64,000 nt of DNA from Chlorokybus atmophyticus (GCA_009103225.1 RHPI01001559.1:4274-68273), one strand, 5' to 3'; positions 11,666 through 26,379 are shown, counted from the first letter of the stretch. The notes: a model not told the origin generated them from the letters alone. Numbers and translations: made by a program.

Positions 11666-12114
11666 GTCACACTCTCATGCATGCCACAATCCTTGCAATC
11701 TATTTATTATACATATCTGTAGTAAGTATGTGATGGGCTTGTGACTAGCAAGACACATGCACGCAGTCAATCCCCTCCAGGTTCTTTTGTACACTTCTAC
11801 CTTGAGTGCAGTGCATCTGGGATCGGCGGCAGCAGCTCACACCCATGCACATTGCGTGCTATGCGGAAGGGCATAGGTGTAGTCTACTTGCACAAAATCC
11901 AACATCTTCACACAGCAACACCATGTGCGCCCAAAGTTGCTGTATATACACCAAAGTGTGCCACGACCACAGGCACCATTTCTCGATGTGTGTACAGAAA
12001 ATCTAAGCTATACTGTGGGCATGCATAGGGGGTATGTTATGGTACAAAACCGCTCAGTCTGTTTCATTGAGAAAGCCAAGAGCTCGTGCCAACTTGACTG
12101 AAGCGGAGCGCTTG

Positions 12115-13880
12115 TTAGAATATGTACTTCGGCCGCAAAATGGGATTTCCAACAACAGCAGCTGCAGCCACCTGCACACATACACGCCGAGGGAAAACAG
12201 ACCGACTGGCCTCACAATGCTCGTGTCGAGGCTGGGATGCAGCAGCTGGTTGTAATAATATACGGGCTCCAGCCAGGCTGCGCATGTTGGGTTCTGCGAC
12301 AGCACCGCAACACCTGACGGCACCAATGCACACGATGTGTTTGTCGCCAACTGCGTTGCTGCGATCCACAACATGGAGGCGGTTGACACCACTCGCCACA
12401 CCTGTTCACGACACGCACACATGAGTAATTGCTGCCACGTCACTACTGAGCTGACATGTTCATGGTCCGAATGCTACGCGCACGCACGTCTGCACACAAA
12501 CACAGACGCACACGCATGCACGCAGAAAGGTACGCATGCACACACGCACACACACATGCACATGCGCACCCAAAAGCTCGTGTGCACCTGCAAACACATA
12601 ATTCACCTCATCATTGATTCATCATGTTCACCTGCCAAGATGTGTTGAGCGATAGACCCGCTCTCGCACCTTCCTTGATGTCCTCATTGAGGTCTTTGTA
12701 CCACCATAGCGCAATTGGCGTGAGCAACACGGAAGCCACCTCCGTGATGAACGCTGGAGCCCAGCCGGTGATTTCGAGGTACACCGTTATCATGAAAAGA
12801 GAACAGGCCTGGCATCACGTCTGCATTGGTGCCAACATTGCTATCGTCAAGTTTGGGCAATGCATCACGCAACGTGAAGCATGCAGACACGCATAGTAAA
12901 TGCAACTGAGGGATTGCACTCAGTCAAAGTGCAAGTATACACGCTTAGAGCGAGTGGGTGCATGCATGCATGCAAGCGTGTGTGCGTATAGCACCTGCCA
13001 GTAGGCAAGATTGGCTCGCTTGATGGCGCCATTGTTGGTCTTCAAAGCCCAAACAAACAGGTACTGCGGCGCGACCTGGCACAACCAGTGGGGAAGTTTA
13101 GGGCTCCAGGCATACGAGAGCAAGGTGTGGAACCGGGCCAAGTGGCTTATTGCATACAAGGATGGCAACACTTGGGAATAGATGCACGAATGCATGTTGA
13201 TGCATAATGCATGCATTCGTTTGTTGCATAATGCACGCTTGCAGGCATGCTTGCATGCGTCACTGCAAGCCACGACCCGCATGTGTGGATGCAGTGTTGC
13301 ATGCATGTCACTTGCAGAACGGCGTCCAAGCATGCAAGTAACTAGGGCTTCATTCGTGCATGACTGCCTAGTTGCGCTAGCATGCATGCTGTGCCAACAC
13401 GCATGCAGGCTACCAACCTGCGCAGCTTGCATGAGACTTACCACATTGAAGATGACCGCAAGCCAGAAGTCGCTCCAAACAACCAGCCGCAGCCACTCGG
13501 GGCCTGGCATCATTTAATGGCAGAAACCCTACCGAAAAGGCCTGAACAAGCACCAACGCTCAACAACAACTAAGCAGAATCTTTCACAACAAGGCTGGGC
13601 AGCATGCTAAGCATACACCAACCTGCAGCAAAGGTGCGGTAATGCTCTCAGCAAAGGCCGGCGCCGGTGCAGCAAGCATGCTCACAGCGGAGGCCAACCC
13701 ACACCCAACGCCCAACGCTAGCCCTGGCTGTGACTTCGAATGCTGATGTAGCTGCGGCACGCGGTTGCTGGCCGCAGCTGCTCGCGGGTGACATGGCCTC
13801 TTGCTATGCGCCTGCGCCACCACGCACGGCCTCGACCACAACGACGGCGCCACCACTACCGTCACCGCCACTGCCGCCAT
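12115..13880 (-). CDS. DUF3177-family membrane protein with plastid transit peptide; multi-exon, 3' end uncertain
   Basis: Exons give PEWLRLVVWSDFWLAVIFNV, VAPQYLFVWALK..AYWQ, ACSLFMITVYL..PIALWWYKDLNEDI, and VWRVVST..CAAWLEP.YY..LLHP, matching the cyanobacterial/plastid DUF3177 pattern as I recall it. The first intron junction and last exon are not firmly resolved. Confidence 0.75.
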
Positions 13881-14003
13881 GCTGACGCCACGTGGCACAC
13901 CGACGGGCAATGAACTGCCGTCGTAACTGGGAAAGAGCTGAACGCCATTGCAATGCATTGGGCAAGAGCCAGTTAGCTATTCTGCAAGCATGCTGACCGC
14001 AAC

Positions 14004-14018
14004 TGGGCTCAAACCCTA
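14004..14018 (+). promoter_or_regulatory. Site II motif (TGGGCT) adjacent to a telo-box (AAACCCTA) in the divergent DUF3177/DEG9 promoter
   Basis: Sequence TGGGCTCAAACCCTA lies between two divergent start codons; this motif pair is established in plant promoters. Confidence 0.45.
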
Positions 14019-14401
14019 AACCTGGCCTTAATGCCAGCGGCGGCCAGGGCGGCGGCGGTGGTGGTGGCGGTGGCGCCGGCCGTGTCGCTGGGGGGAGCAT
14101 TTCTCTTCTCCGGGTGATGCAGTGGTCGGTGGGACTGGTGAGGAAGCCGGCCGCAGCTGGATTAGAGGTGGCGATGTCGTTGCTTGCGGGGGCGCGCCCG
14201 GCAGTCGGCGGCGGCGGAGCGGCGGCAGCAGCAGCAGCAGCAGCCTGGAGGACGCAGGCGGGACCCTCCCGGCGCACAGCATCCTCCTCCTCGTCCTCCT
14301 CCTCGTGGCGAACCCACAGGTGGCAGCAGAAAAACCCGCAGCAGCCGCAGTCTCAGCCGCAGCACCCCAAGCACCGAGGCTCCCCTCCTCCCACCACCGC
14401 C

Positions 14402-17400
14402 ATGGCTCCTCGTGGCAAAAAGGCTAGCAAGAAGGCTCCCAACAACAGCAACAAGCAGCGAGTGCGTGCATGAACGGCTTAATCGCTGCATGGTCAATCC
14501 AACACATGCAAGTATATGCTGCGCCATGCTTGCGGCATTCGGCAAGGGTTGTCACGCAAGCTGGCAATCCAGCAGCGCACCGTCCGCAGCAGCAACCTGC
14601 CATGCGCTACGTTGCGCATGGTAGGTTGGAGCAGTGTGAACACTTGCACTGCTTGCTACGATGGCCGAAAGCAACAACACATGCAATGCGAATGGCTGGC
14701 ACTGTTTGCTATCATGCGTGTAACAGCAACTATACATGCACTGTATTGCATGACGAGTATTGGCAGTGCGGATGTGCAAACACTGGCACTGCTTGGTGTT
14801 GTGCGCACAAGCAACAACACATGCACTGCATTGCATGCTGAGTATTGGCAGTTGTGCACTAACATGCCCCATGCATGGCGCAATGTACAGTCGTTGTAGA
14901 GTTTGTTGACTCAAGTGTTGGTCAGCAGGACTCGAAGATTGCTGCTGTGGCTTTGGGCCCGGATGCGCAGATGATGGAACGCATCCAGAACATACCTGGT
15001 GGGGCAGAAGCATTGCAGGTAGCATACTCAGCCAGTTTGCTTGCCTCTTGGCTGCACGTATCAGGCTTATAGCTGAGAGACCAGATAGGCAAATTCCTTC
15101 AGCTCGCAGGGTTGCAGTGCAAAAATTCTTGCTTACTGTCTAGGCTCTGCTTGGTCTCAATGCACAAGCTACAGAAGTTGCGTCGGAAGCTCTGCAAGCA
15201 CCCTTCTTGGACGCTGTGTTTAAGGTACCACTCACAATGCGTGCTGTGCTTCTTGCCTTTGTTTTAACTGGCATGTATCATACTGTCACTGAACACCTAC
15301 ATAGCATCATCAGCAGCGTAGGATGCATTCACAAGTGTGTGACACTCCTTCACTGAGGTTTGTAAGTTGGTTCTTCACCAACACAGGTGTACTGTATACA
15401 CTCGGAGCCAAACTTTTCACTGCCGTGGCAACGCAAAAGACAGTACTCATCCACTGGTAGCGGGTTTGCGATTGCAGGACGAAGGTTGCTCACAAACGCA
15501 CATTGCGTTGAGCATCATAGCCAGGTGATGACCAGCATTGCTTGGCTATGACATTGATCTTGACGTGCACATTACATAGGGCTGTTAGCAGCATTGCTCA
15601 CTAGCTCTCGTGCAGGTTAAAGTTAAGAGGCGAGGGGACGACACCAAGTTCTTGGCAAGGGTTCTCGCTGTTGGCGTAGAGTGCGACATTGCGTTGTTAA
15701 CTGTAGATGACGATAAGTTTTGGGAAAATTTGCAGCCGCTGTCGTTGGGAACACTGCCCCGGCTGCAGGTACTGGCATGATCGTCGTGAGGCGAATGTTG
15801 TGATTTGTACATACGTACGTACGTTCATACATACATACATACATACCTACATGCATGCATACATACATTATTACATACATACATACGCACATATGCACAT
15901 ATGTACGTGCACAGCCACACAGAAATTGCGCACGCACTCATGTGTGTCTGTGTGTATGTACGTGATACAGATATGTGTCTGTTTGTGCATGTATACGATA
16001 CAGATACATTTATACATGCGTGCATGCGCGCGTGTACTTGCATCAGCATTCTGGGACAGTGAGAGGCTAGGATTACAAATGCCAATGGTAGCGCGGTCAC
16101 TCATTGAGGCTGGTTGCAGGATGCAGTTACCGTTGTTGGATATCCCATTGGTGGGGACACCATATCCGTCACAAGCGGGGTGGTTTCCAGGATTGAAGTT
16201 ATGCCATATGCGCACGGCTCCAGCGAGTTGCTCGGGCTGCAGATCGACGCAGTACGTTGTCGTCATGCTTTGTGTGGGCGTTGCCCACGATAAAACTACC
16301 ATTGCTTGTATTGACTCGAAGTTTGATGATATAGGCTATCAATGCAGGCAACAGTGGCGGGCCAGCCTTCAACGATGCTGGGCAGTGTGTCGGCATTGCG
16401 TTTCAAAGTCTGAAGTCAGACGATGCTGAGAACATTGGTAAGTAAATATCCAGTGAGTAGTCCAAAATCCGCTGGGCTGTATTCATTGTCAACATTGTCA
16501 AGTGTCTAAACAGGGTACGTCATCCCCACACCTGTGATCAACCATTTCCTGATGGATTACGAAAAGACGGGCAAGTACACTGGGTTTCCTGCATTGTGTA
16601 TAGAGTGGCAGAAACTAGAGTCTCCTGCCCTGCGTGCATACTTGGGCATGAAGCCTGGTCAAAAAGGTGTTCTCATCAGGTACGTTACCAACTTGCCCTG
16701 CATTACTTTTAGACATCACAGTTGTGCACAGCTTCAGCACTGGCAGTGTCACCTCTTGTGCTCATTGCTATCTTACATCAGGCGAATCCAGCCCACATCT
16801 CATGCGGCCTCTGAGCTGAAGCCCGGTGATGTGGTGATGAGTTTCGACGGAGTGGCTGTGGCAAATGACGGGACTGTGGCATTCCGCAGTGGGGAAAGGA
16901 TTTCTTTTGGCTACCTGGTTTCCCAGAAGTGGGTCATCTTCACCATCCTCATCAGTTCCACCAGAGCTGGCCTTAGGTCCCTACCCTGCATGGACACTCA
17001 CATCTGCTTTTTCGCTTGCAGGTATGCCGATGAAAGCGCGCGCTTAGGGATATTGAGGGAGGGCAAGGAGTTGCAGGTTGAGGTGCGACTGAGCGTGTTG
17101 TCTCCGCTCGTCCCCGTGCACATCCACGGGGCGCTGCCCAGCTACCTTATCGTAGCGGGCCTCGTGTTCACCATCGCTTGCGAGCCGTACTTGCGCTCCG
17201 AGTATGGGGAGGAGTTCATGTACGATGCACCTGTCAAGATCCTGGACAAGCTTCTGCATGCTATGCCAAAGACACCAGACGAGCAAGTGGTGGTCTTGGC
17301 CCAGGTAAGTTGTGTCCAAGTGATTGTTATGGAACAACATCATCATCAACAAGCTTCAACATCACACCACATTGGCAGGTGCTGGCCTCTGATGTCACCA

Positions 17401-17875
17401 TTGGATATGAGGATATCAACAACTCGCAGCTGAAAAAGTTCAACGGCGTGGAAGTGCGCAACCTCAGACACCTGACGGAGCTGGTGCATGCTTTCAAGAA
17501 TGAGAAGTACCTTGTGTTTGAGCTTGAGTACGACAATGTGCTCGTGCTGGATTCAACTGCGGCTCATGATGCTACTACGGTTGTCTGCGCAATCCACGGC
17601 ATCCCAAGCCATCTGTCTCAGGTATTGGCGTAGTTGTCGGCGCTTCGTTCTTGCTTGCGTTACAGTCTTTACTCACCATGCATATATCTGCGCAGGATTT
17701 GGTGGACATTGGCAAGGCTGCCGAAGTCAATGGAAGTAGTGCAAACGCTGCTGATGATGAATTGGAAGCTGATGCCGCCCCAGAGCACGGTGCAGTCAAT
17801 AAACAAGGACATGATACGCCGAGCAATCTGGCCAAGTGCAGTCGCGCAGTTGCCAGGCCAGGGAGTAGAAAATGA
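14402..17875 (+). CDS. DEG9: Deg/HtrA serine protease, DEG9-like (trypsin domain plus PDZ and PDZ-like domains); multi-exon
   Basis: [26 protein letters not shown] (His), ECDIALL (Asp), [13 protein letters not shown] (Ser), [20 protein letters not shown], and stop TGA at 17873-17875. Start 14402 has the best context; in-frame ATGs also occur at 14117 and 14174, and the N-terminal exon joins are unresolved. Confidence 0.92.
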
Positions 17876-18204
17876 CACTAGCATATGGTCTGTAGCATAT
17901 TCTTTTATTCTTGCTGCAAGTGCTGTGTGGTGAAGTGCATTGAAGTGCACAAGCACACCAAACAGCTCTACATGTAGGTTGTGCACACTTGCAAGGTTCC
18001 GCAACTGTGTGCTTAGTCAGCCAATTCACAAGTGAAAAGAACTGGGTCACATGCATTTGATGGTCTGCTTGTGAATGAGTGTAGCCGTTTGGTAGCCCCT
18101 TTGCATGCATTATCAAACCTTGTGCCTGCATCAGATATCAGGGTCATGGTGGATACGGTCGTACAATGTGTACACAAATGATACAATCCCTGCATCCGTT
18201 ATGT

Positions 18205-18209
18205 TGTAA
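18205..18209 (+). terminator. Candidate chlorophyte polyadenylation signal TGTAA for DEG9
   Basis: TGTAA about 330 nt after the stop; UGUAA is the established chlorophyte signal. Confidence 0.4.
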
Positions 18210-18379
18210 ACCCAGTCTGCAATGTTTCTGCTGAACGATTACAAAGCGGGGTGAGGGTGTGCACCATGAGAGGTTGTGGCTCGTCATGTTACAAGACGAA
18301 TAGGGCCAGCAGAAGCGGGCCTGCACCACAACTAGCTGTCTCTCTCTAGATATACTAGTCAAAGACTTGCACATGCGTG

Positions 18380-18680
18380 CAGGTAAAAACTGTGACTGTC
18401 ATTTGCCATGCATGCACTGCATGTGGTCTAACGGGGTAATAGTAGTAAGTACGTAGGAGAGTAGATAGCCCGGTGGTGTAAACATAAATGCGGTGTGCTG
18501 AGTGAGTATGTGGGTGTTTGCTATGCATGCTGTGTGCTGTGCATGCGCGTGGTGCAGCTTGCATCTTTTGTACACTATCGCAGGTGATGCATGCATGTTG
18601 ACTAACGGGGCAAGGGCAACAGCGAAGCTAGCTACCTAGGTTGTATAGGCAGCCCGGTGGTGAAATAAGTTGCTGCCATG
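18380..18680 (-). repeat. Two degenerate 5' fragments of the ~760-bp repeat family
   Basis: Reverse complement shows CACCACCGGG..CCCCGTTAG..CATGCA twice. Confidence 0.5.
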
Positions 18681-19317
18681 TTGGACTGTGCTTGTGCTTG
18701 CGTATGTCGCATGGGCCGTGCAATGGTGAGTCACATGCACAGCATTGCCTATTTCCTACACTGCAAACCCTTGTATAGAGCTGCTGATGTAGTGTGGCTG
18801 TGGTTGCATCTTGCATAGTGATGCGTGTGCCACACTGCACTTCACACATCCTATACACAGTGTAATTGAATGCTATATATGTGCTGATGGCTGCGTGCAT
18901 GCATACTGATCAAGCAGCCACAGAGTGCGCATATCCACTTCATTCATGTATGTCCGGGAACCCCGTACACAGCATTGCATATGATCTACACATGAACAAA
19001 CATGCAAACCAGGCATGACGCAGTATCACCACAGCCGTGCCGCCATCGTGCACGAGCATGGGCAGCAGGCTGTTGGGTACAGCTTGCCCATGCGACCCAG
19101 GACAGCCGTACAAACCCAACCCCCCCACCCCCACCCCAGCACCAGCGCTGGCACTACCTGCACTGCACAGTGCAGTGACGACTCTGCTAGCAGTACACGG
19201 CAGGGACAGGCGAAGGGTACGACCCTGGCAGCCCTGCAAGCAAGGGTGACGCAGCGAGGGTGGCGGCAGAGATGGGAAGGAGGCGGGTGCGGAAGGAGAG
19301 AGAGGAGGGGCGGAGAC

Positions 19318-19852
<535 letters not shown>

Positions 19853-20419
19853 GTGGAGACAGGGAGGGGCAGTGAAGAAGAGGGAGGGAGAGAGCGGGTT
19901 GCGCTGCACTGCACTGCACTGCACTGCACTGCATGTCATCCACTGCATGCGTATTAACGTCCTACTGACTGCAACAAGTGTTGTACAGGTAACGCTGGTG
20001 AGTACATGCGTTGACTGGCAGCACTCAGTCCAGCCATCAGCACCGGGCTACTTCATTACCTCTACACCTATCACTACCACCTCTACCACCCTGTTAGTCA
20101 TGCATGTTGTGTGTATGTGCAAAGCATGCATTGCACGCAGTGAATTCCGTCGACATTCTTTTGTACACATACAACTCGGCCCAGCTATGCGCATCACTAC
20201 ATTCGCAGGACGCACAAGAATGATCCGTGCGATTGGCGACCCAGCCTGCAAACACATGATTGATGTGCATGTTGCACCAGTCTGTAAATATACAAGTTTA
20301 CTTCACCACCTTCAGCAGATGTTCAACGACGTACTGATACATGTTGACTACTATCGACTGCGCAAGTTCATCACGCACCAAACATATGTCACTTCATCGC
20401 TCACTGTAGCATCAACGCG

Positions 20420-22621
20420 TTAACCGGATAATAAAGGCTGTGCAAAGCTACATGCACCCAATACAGATTGAGCGCCTGAATTCTCATACCCATGTGCATA
20501 TGTATATAGATGTGTATCCACTTCCATTGTGCACGTAGAGACGCAATTGCTCGGAGGAGGAGCCCCAGCTTCCAACCAACGATTCATCCGACGTTTGTGC
20601 CTGATGCTTGCAGCCTCGCTGCAACACTCTGAGACAACTGACCTGGCCGAGGTTGCCAAAACCGTGATAACCGGTTAGTCAGACGATGTGGGCAAGTGCC
20701 AATTTTGAGCCGCACATCGTTGGTGCAGGCCATCGCATGTACGCAAGGCAGGTAGGCTATGGCGCTTCCTTTGCACTGAGTGCATATGATACTGTTGGAT
20801 CACATAGAGAGAGCGACAGCTTGCAGCAATGTGGGCGAGTAGAATGTCGCTTATGAGAAGCCCTTGGCTGCATCCGCTTCAGCCATGACCTGCAGTTTGG
20901 ACTCAGATTGGGCTTGGGTATGAATTAAAAGCAGCATTCTGTGTAACCTATAAGCAACCTATGACCTGCGCAGCAACGGCAAGCAAGAAAGTCTCATGGG
21001 GTTGGAAAGGGTGCATGGTGCTTGCTCTCACCTTCATGGTGAGCAAGACAAGCTGGCTGATGGGCACCCACTGTGGCGCAATAACGCGCTTTTCCGATGC
21101 CACTCCACCAGAGTGTCCGCCGGTTGCAAGGCTCCTGTGCACATGGAGCAACAGCAATCATCTTCGCATCCAGACACAAAACACTATAGAACTGAACATT
21201 GGCATGGACCTAATGTGTGTCAAGCCTGGTCAGCATCCAACCTGGAAATCACCTATCAAACTTTACATTGCTCTGTTCGTCACCCGTCGCTTGACCGCTG
21301 ATCGTCCTTCGTACGAGCTGCAAAAGCCACTCCATCTCGGCCTCCACTTCATCAGCACTCTCAACAGCTGATTCGCTGCTTTCCTCACCATCATCATTGT
21401 CAGCTGCAGGTTGCTGATGCAAAGGGACTCCTTGAAGCTCGCTTAGAGTCACGTAGATCTGTAATGCGCTAACGTGAGCTGAAATTCCTTGCATCAAGCA
21501 ACGTGAAATTTTCAAAGGCCATTGCCAAGAACGTTTTGTGCCTTCGTGACAATGTAGACAGGAAGCCGATTCACAAGTTGTTTATAGGCAAATGATGTGC
21601 AACTTGATTAGTTAAAACTGCCCAAGCAAAGTGACCACTGTGTATGTTGGTTAGCCTCGCAACAATCGCTTTGTTTGGGCAACAACCAACATATACACGT
21701 GCATAGTAACAACTCACGGCGTTTATCCATTGGGACCGACAGCGCCGCTCGTACGCAGTTAGGCGATGTCCCTCTGCATTGGCGCCGCTCTCATCGATAC
21801 CGAGCTGCAGCTGCAGCGCCAGCCGCTCACGTGCATGGCCTGTTGCACACACACAACCACCGCCATCACAACTGAGTACATTGCTGCTATCTGTAGGTTA
21901 ATATGCATGCATGCATGCATGCATGTCTGCGTGAACTGGTTTGCTGAAATTCGCCAGAATTGGATGCCCGTACGCTTTGATGTTATTGCTTGCCAATGCA
22001 ACTGAGACTGCCACAGCATATGAAAGCCTGGTAATTGCTGAGTGAGGTTCAGGAGAACGTGTAAAACTACACTATGAGAACGCTGTAAGACAAGTGAACT
22101 GTGTAAACAAGTTAGACGGACATGCCTGCTAAATAGGCACACACCACGCACTCGACAAAGTCTTTCAGCGCTGCCGCCGCCGGCCGTCCAGCATTCTCAA
22201 CGCACACCTGCCCAGCATACCCACATCGAAAGCGTTAGGTGCTTATCAGATTATTTCAATGCCAACCCTGGCTCAGCACATGTTAAAAACAAGAAGCACA
22301 CTTGCAAGCAAAGCTCCACACCTCTGCGAAGCAGCGCTCCAGCCGGAACGCCAGCTGCCCAAGCGACTGCGACGTGTCAAGCTTGCAGCACACCTCAAGA
22401 GCTCTCCTCCAGGCCGCACCGCCAGGCCGGGCCATTGCCAGGCCGGCGCGACCAGGCCGGGCGGCGGCGTGCTTCCACCTGCCCGGCTGAAGTCTGACAG
22501 GCCGAGCAATGCAGCTGGCAGCTGGCAATGCACGCCTGGCGCACAACCGACGCTCGCTGACAACGGCACCGACAGCAATGGCGCCAGCGGCGCCAGCGCC
22601 CACCGCCGCCGCCGTCGCCAT
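20420..22621 (-). CDS. Uncharacterised multi-exon protein with transit-peptide-like N-terminus; 3' exons unresolved
   Basis: Splice-flanked segments MATAAAVGAG..AAWRRALE, VCVENAGRPAAAALKDFVEC, GHARERLALQLQLG..LTAYERRCRSQWINA, IYVTLSELQG..EMEWLLQLVRR, and QWVPISQLVLLTMK. No family recognised with certainty. Confidence 0.45.
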
Positions 22622-23319
22622 GCACAAGCATGCAGCTCCAACCACTGCGATAGAATGTATTACACTAAACCATCCGTTGCAACTTGCAAAGAGTTGTTGA
22701 TGAATGCAGAACTTGGATGAAGCATCGGTAGTAGCTCACTTGCACGTGCCACAACTTGCACAAAGCGCTTTGCTAGCATGCATCCTGTTTGTTGACAACG
22801 TGACAGCGTTGCTTAAACAAGTACACTTGCTGTGATGCACTGCAGCAAGTGTACTTGTTCTGAATGAGTCAATCATGTCTCGCAAGCATCGCCATTTTAT
22901 CCATCTGTGCACGTAGGCGGCTTCCCACATATACTCGGCTCTCTGCGCTTGTCACGAGCCAAGTTTTGGATCAGCACTTTTTTCGACCTGCCAAAGACCG
23001 TCCGGTCGCCGGTCAGTCCGCCATTCGTATCATACCTTTCGCAGTGTAAACCGATAGCAGATGAAGGCTCTATTGACGGCTAAAGTAGTTTGTCCGGCGT
23101 CTGCCCGGGCGTCTTCAGCCATTTCAGCTGAAGCTTTCAACACAAAAGGGAGAATGAAACATGTCAGTGTTTTCCAACTTGCAAGCAAGCAAGTAAGCTT
23201 TGCCATTGTGTGTTGAAGTCTGCTGCTGGCTTGTTGGGAGGAGCAGGTAGCTGCCTGCCTGTAGCAGGCTGCTTGTTGCGCGCGCGGCACTGTCGCCGGG
23301 TGTTGGTCGGGCAGCCGGC

Positions 23320-26098
23320 ATGGCGGCGTCCGGAGGATGGAGGTTGCTGCATTGTCTTGTAGGCGTGACTGCTGTGCTGCTGCTGGTGCTGTGCGCGTCC
23401 GTCAGCCCCGCTCAGGGCTACATCGACATGGTGGTTGGCATCCACCGCCACGGCAGCAGGTGCGCAAGAAAACCAGCGTTCAGCCAGCGTTGAGCATTGC
23501 ATTGTTTGCAACGCCTGTGCATGGAATGCACCGTAAACAGCCACTTGTGCGCACATGGCAGGGCTTGGGTTTGTGGAAGCATGCAAGCCTGCATTTACGC
23601 TGTAGAGCACAGCTGTGTTGTGCTTGTGAGGTTGCACAGCATTGGTAAGGGCAAAGCTGGGCTAATTGGGCTGCTGGCGCAGGACGGTGCTGTCCAAGAA
23701 CGTGTCCACTCTGCAGGAGGGAGGCGGTGTGACGCTCACGCCCAAGGGTCAGCGCCAGCTGTACGACGTGGGGACACAATTCCGCCTACGCTACATCAAC
23801 GATACCACCTGCAACGCCTCCAACACCTGCCTTTACGACTACCCAGGTTGAAGCTTGTTGTTGCCGCACAAATAGAGGCTTGTCTGTTGCCGTGTATGCA
23901 TGTCTGCCTTGCTAAGAGTCAAAGCTTCTGCTGCATGCAATCAGCGCTTCCCCGCGATTGCAATGCAGCAGTCTACAATAGCTGTGCTTGCAGGTGATTA
24001 CTCTGCACAGTACGTGCATGTTGAGAGCTCCGGGCTGGACCGCACTTTAGTGAGCTCTGAAGCCTTTCTGATGGGGTTGTTCCCACCGACTGGCGATGCT
24101 ACTGAAGACCTTCAGGGTCAGCCTGCAGGAATCCCTGGAGGCTACCAACTAGTACCAATTTACAGGTGGGCAGTTTGCATGCATGATGTTGTGAAGTTCT
24201 CTGGCTTCTGTGCTAACTCTTGTTGCTGTGATGCACGCAGCACGAATGACACCAATGACTGGATCCTTCGCGCATACTACAATTGCCCAACATTCCTGGC
24301 CAATCTTGCAAACTTCTACAAGTGAGCAACGAGTCAAGCTGCGTGCTTGAGCATGTACAATAACCCAAACATGTTACTGTGTTGAGCCAACAACTCAGCT
24401 TTGTGTGTCTGCTTTGAGCAGTTCCACAGCATATGCAGAGGAGGCAGCTGCCACGCAGGACCTGCGCTCTTATCTTCAGCACATTCTAAACCTCCCTACG
24501 ATGCCGAACGTGGTGGACATGTACAACATCTTCGACCAGTTCAATGTATGGCAAGACGAGCGGCTCGGCATAGCGCAGCCCACCATCAGCAGTCAAGGAA
24601 TGAGCAACCTCACGGCAGCTGCTAACTGGCTTGAAACCAACCGGTACTCCCGTGCAAACATACAAAACCTCGGGGCTGGCCCGCTGCTTGCACAGGTAGG
24701 TTCAAGCTGCATTCAGGTGTTGCATGGGTCCCAGAGCATAATTGGAGCGCATATGCTACAGGTGTTGGACAGGATCAACTCAGCTATTACAGAGGATCAG
24801 ACCGAAGCCAATTCGTAAGCTGCTGTGTTTGTGCTGCAACAACTTGCATGTGTGTGTTTTACTGCGCAGCTGTATTTGATTAGCTCACAATCACTTGTCT
24901 GTGGGGAACTGGCAGGCTGATTCTGTACAGTTCACACTATCCAGTCCTGTTATCCTTCCTGGCGCTGTTTGATCTTGGACCGGGGGCGACCACGTGGCAG
25001 ACTGGTATGTTATCACTCCACGAGCCTTTACAACACATGTCTTGTGTTACTGAGCACTGTCATTTATTGGCTTGGTTCAGATGCATACCAACGTAACGCC
25101 TTTTGCAGAGATACCTGCGTATGGAGCTTTGATGGTGATTGAGCTGCACACCGATTATAATGGGCTCTGGGCCATCAAGCTTATCTATCAGGTAGTATAG
25201 CAGTATGGTGTCACCTATCATGTCAACTCGCATTTACGGGCATCCCCCCCCCCCCCNACACCGATTATAATGGGCTCTGGGCCATCAAGCTTATCTATCA
25301 GGTAGTATAGCAGTATGGTGTCACCTATCATGTCAACTCGCATTTACGGGCACCCCCCCCCCCCCCAACACACACACGCGCATGTTTAGACAGATGCATG
25401 CGAGCACGCACAAAGACACATGCACATGCGCACGGGGCCACCTTTCGAGATCAAGTCGTCTGCTTCTGCTTTCTACAGGATGGCCCAGGAGCGCCGTACC
25501 TGCCAATTCCCTTGCCATGCACAGGATCCGCGCGACAAACCGAAGTGAACGCATTGACTGGAAGCGACGGCGCGTGCGAGCTCAGTGAGTTCATCAACAT
25601 CACAGCCTCTCAGGCGTATCCGAATTCCTCTGACTGGTGCCAGGCATGCAACAACAACGCCATGAACGTGTGCAAGGCAGCACAGACGGACAACCTCAGC
25701 CAGCAGGCAAGCTGAGGCAGGATAGGACGAATAGTCGTGTTTGCATGTGAAGGTTTCCACTTGAGAGGCTCTAACTGGCGCATCTAACAGGTCACCGCTC
25801 TCGAGAGTGAGGTTGCAGCTTTTACGTGTGGGAATAATGGTGTTCCATGGAAGGTGGCGCTCACAGCCGTGCTCTGCTTCTTCGGCGGCGTACTCGCAAC
25901 AGGTGCTTATCATCATTTACTGCATGCCTGTGCAGAATGGACCGTTTGGTTGGGTGTTGGCATATGTTGAACCTGAGCAACAACATGTCTGCAACAGCTG
26001 CTGCAGCGTATATGTTGATGAAGAAGCAGGAAAGGCGATGGAAAAGCCTTGACACCTCGGGTGCAGTGCCAGTTGGCACTATGAGCGCAACTGCATAA
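23320..26098 (+). CDS. Histidine acid phosphatase (branch 2), signal peptide plus C-terminal TM and short tail (lysosomal/vacuolar type); multi-exon
   Basis: Signal peptide, then RHGSR motif, SSGLDRTLVS and LILYSSHY. A GC-AG intron (25707-25790) leads to TM VALTAVLCFFGGVLAT..AAAYMLM and tail KKQERRWK..; stop TAA at 26096-26098. Confidence 0.85.
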
Positions 26099-26379
26099 GG
26101 TCGGAGTTGGCCATATACTTCATCCACAATACTACAAGATTACCTTGAGACTCAATGTTTTGTGCGTGTGGCAGCAAGCGCCATAGATAAGATTGCGGCC
26201 GTGATGACAATGGCCAATGAACCAATGCGGATTGTAGCTGAAGTTCTTGTTCTATATTACATGTCCGTTGCGTAGTTTGCTCCTGTACATATGTTGAGTT
26301 GGACTACGTTGCGCAGCTTGTACATACAATGCGAAACAGCAATGCACATGCATAGTGGCATGCACAGTCAGCAGCATGT

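Noticed and set aside
25158-25367. ~100-bp tandem duplication of an acid phosphatase exon end and intron start
   Set aside because: The two copies abut a poly-C run and a single N (25257), typical of an unmerged contig overlap.
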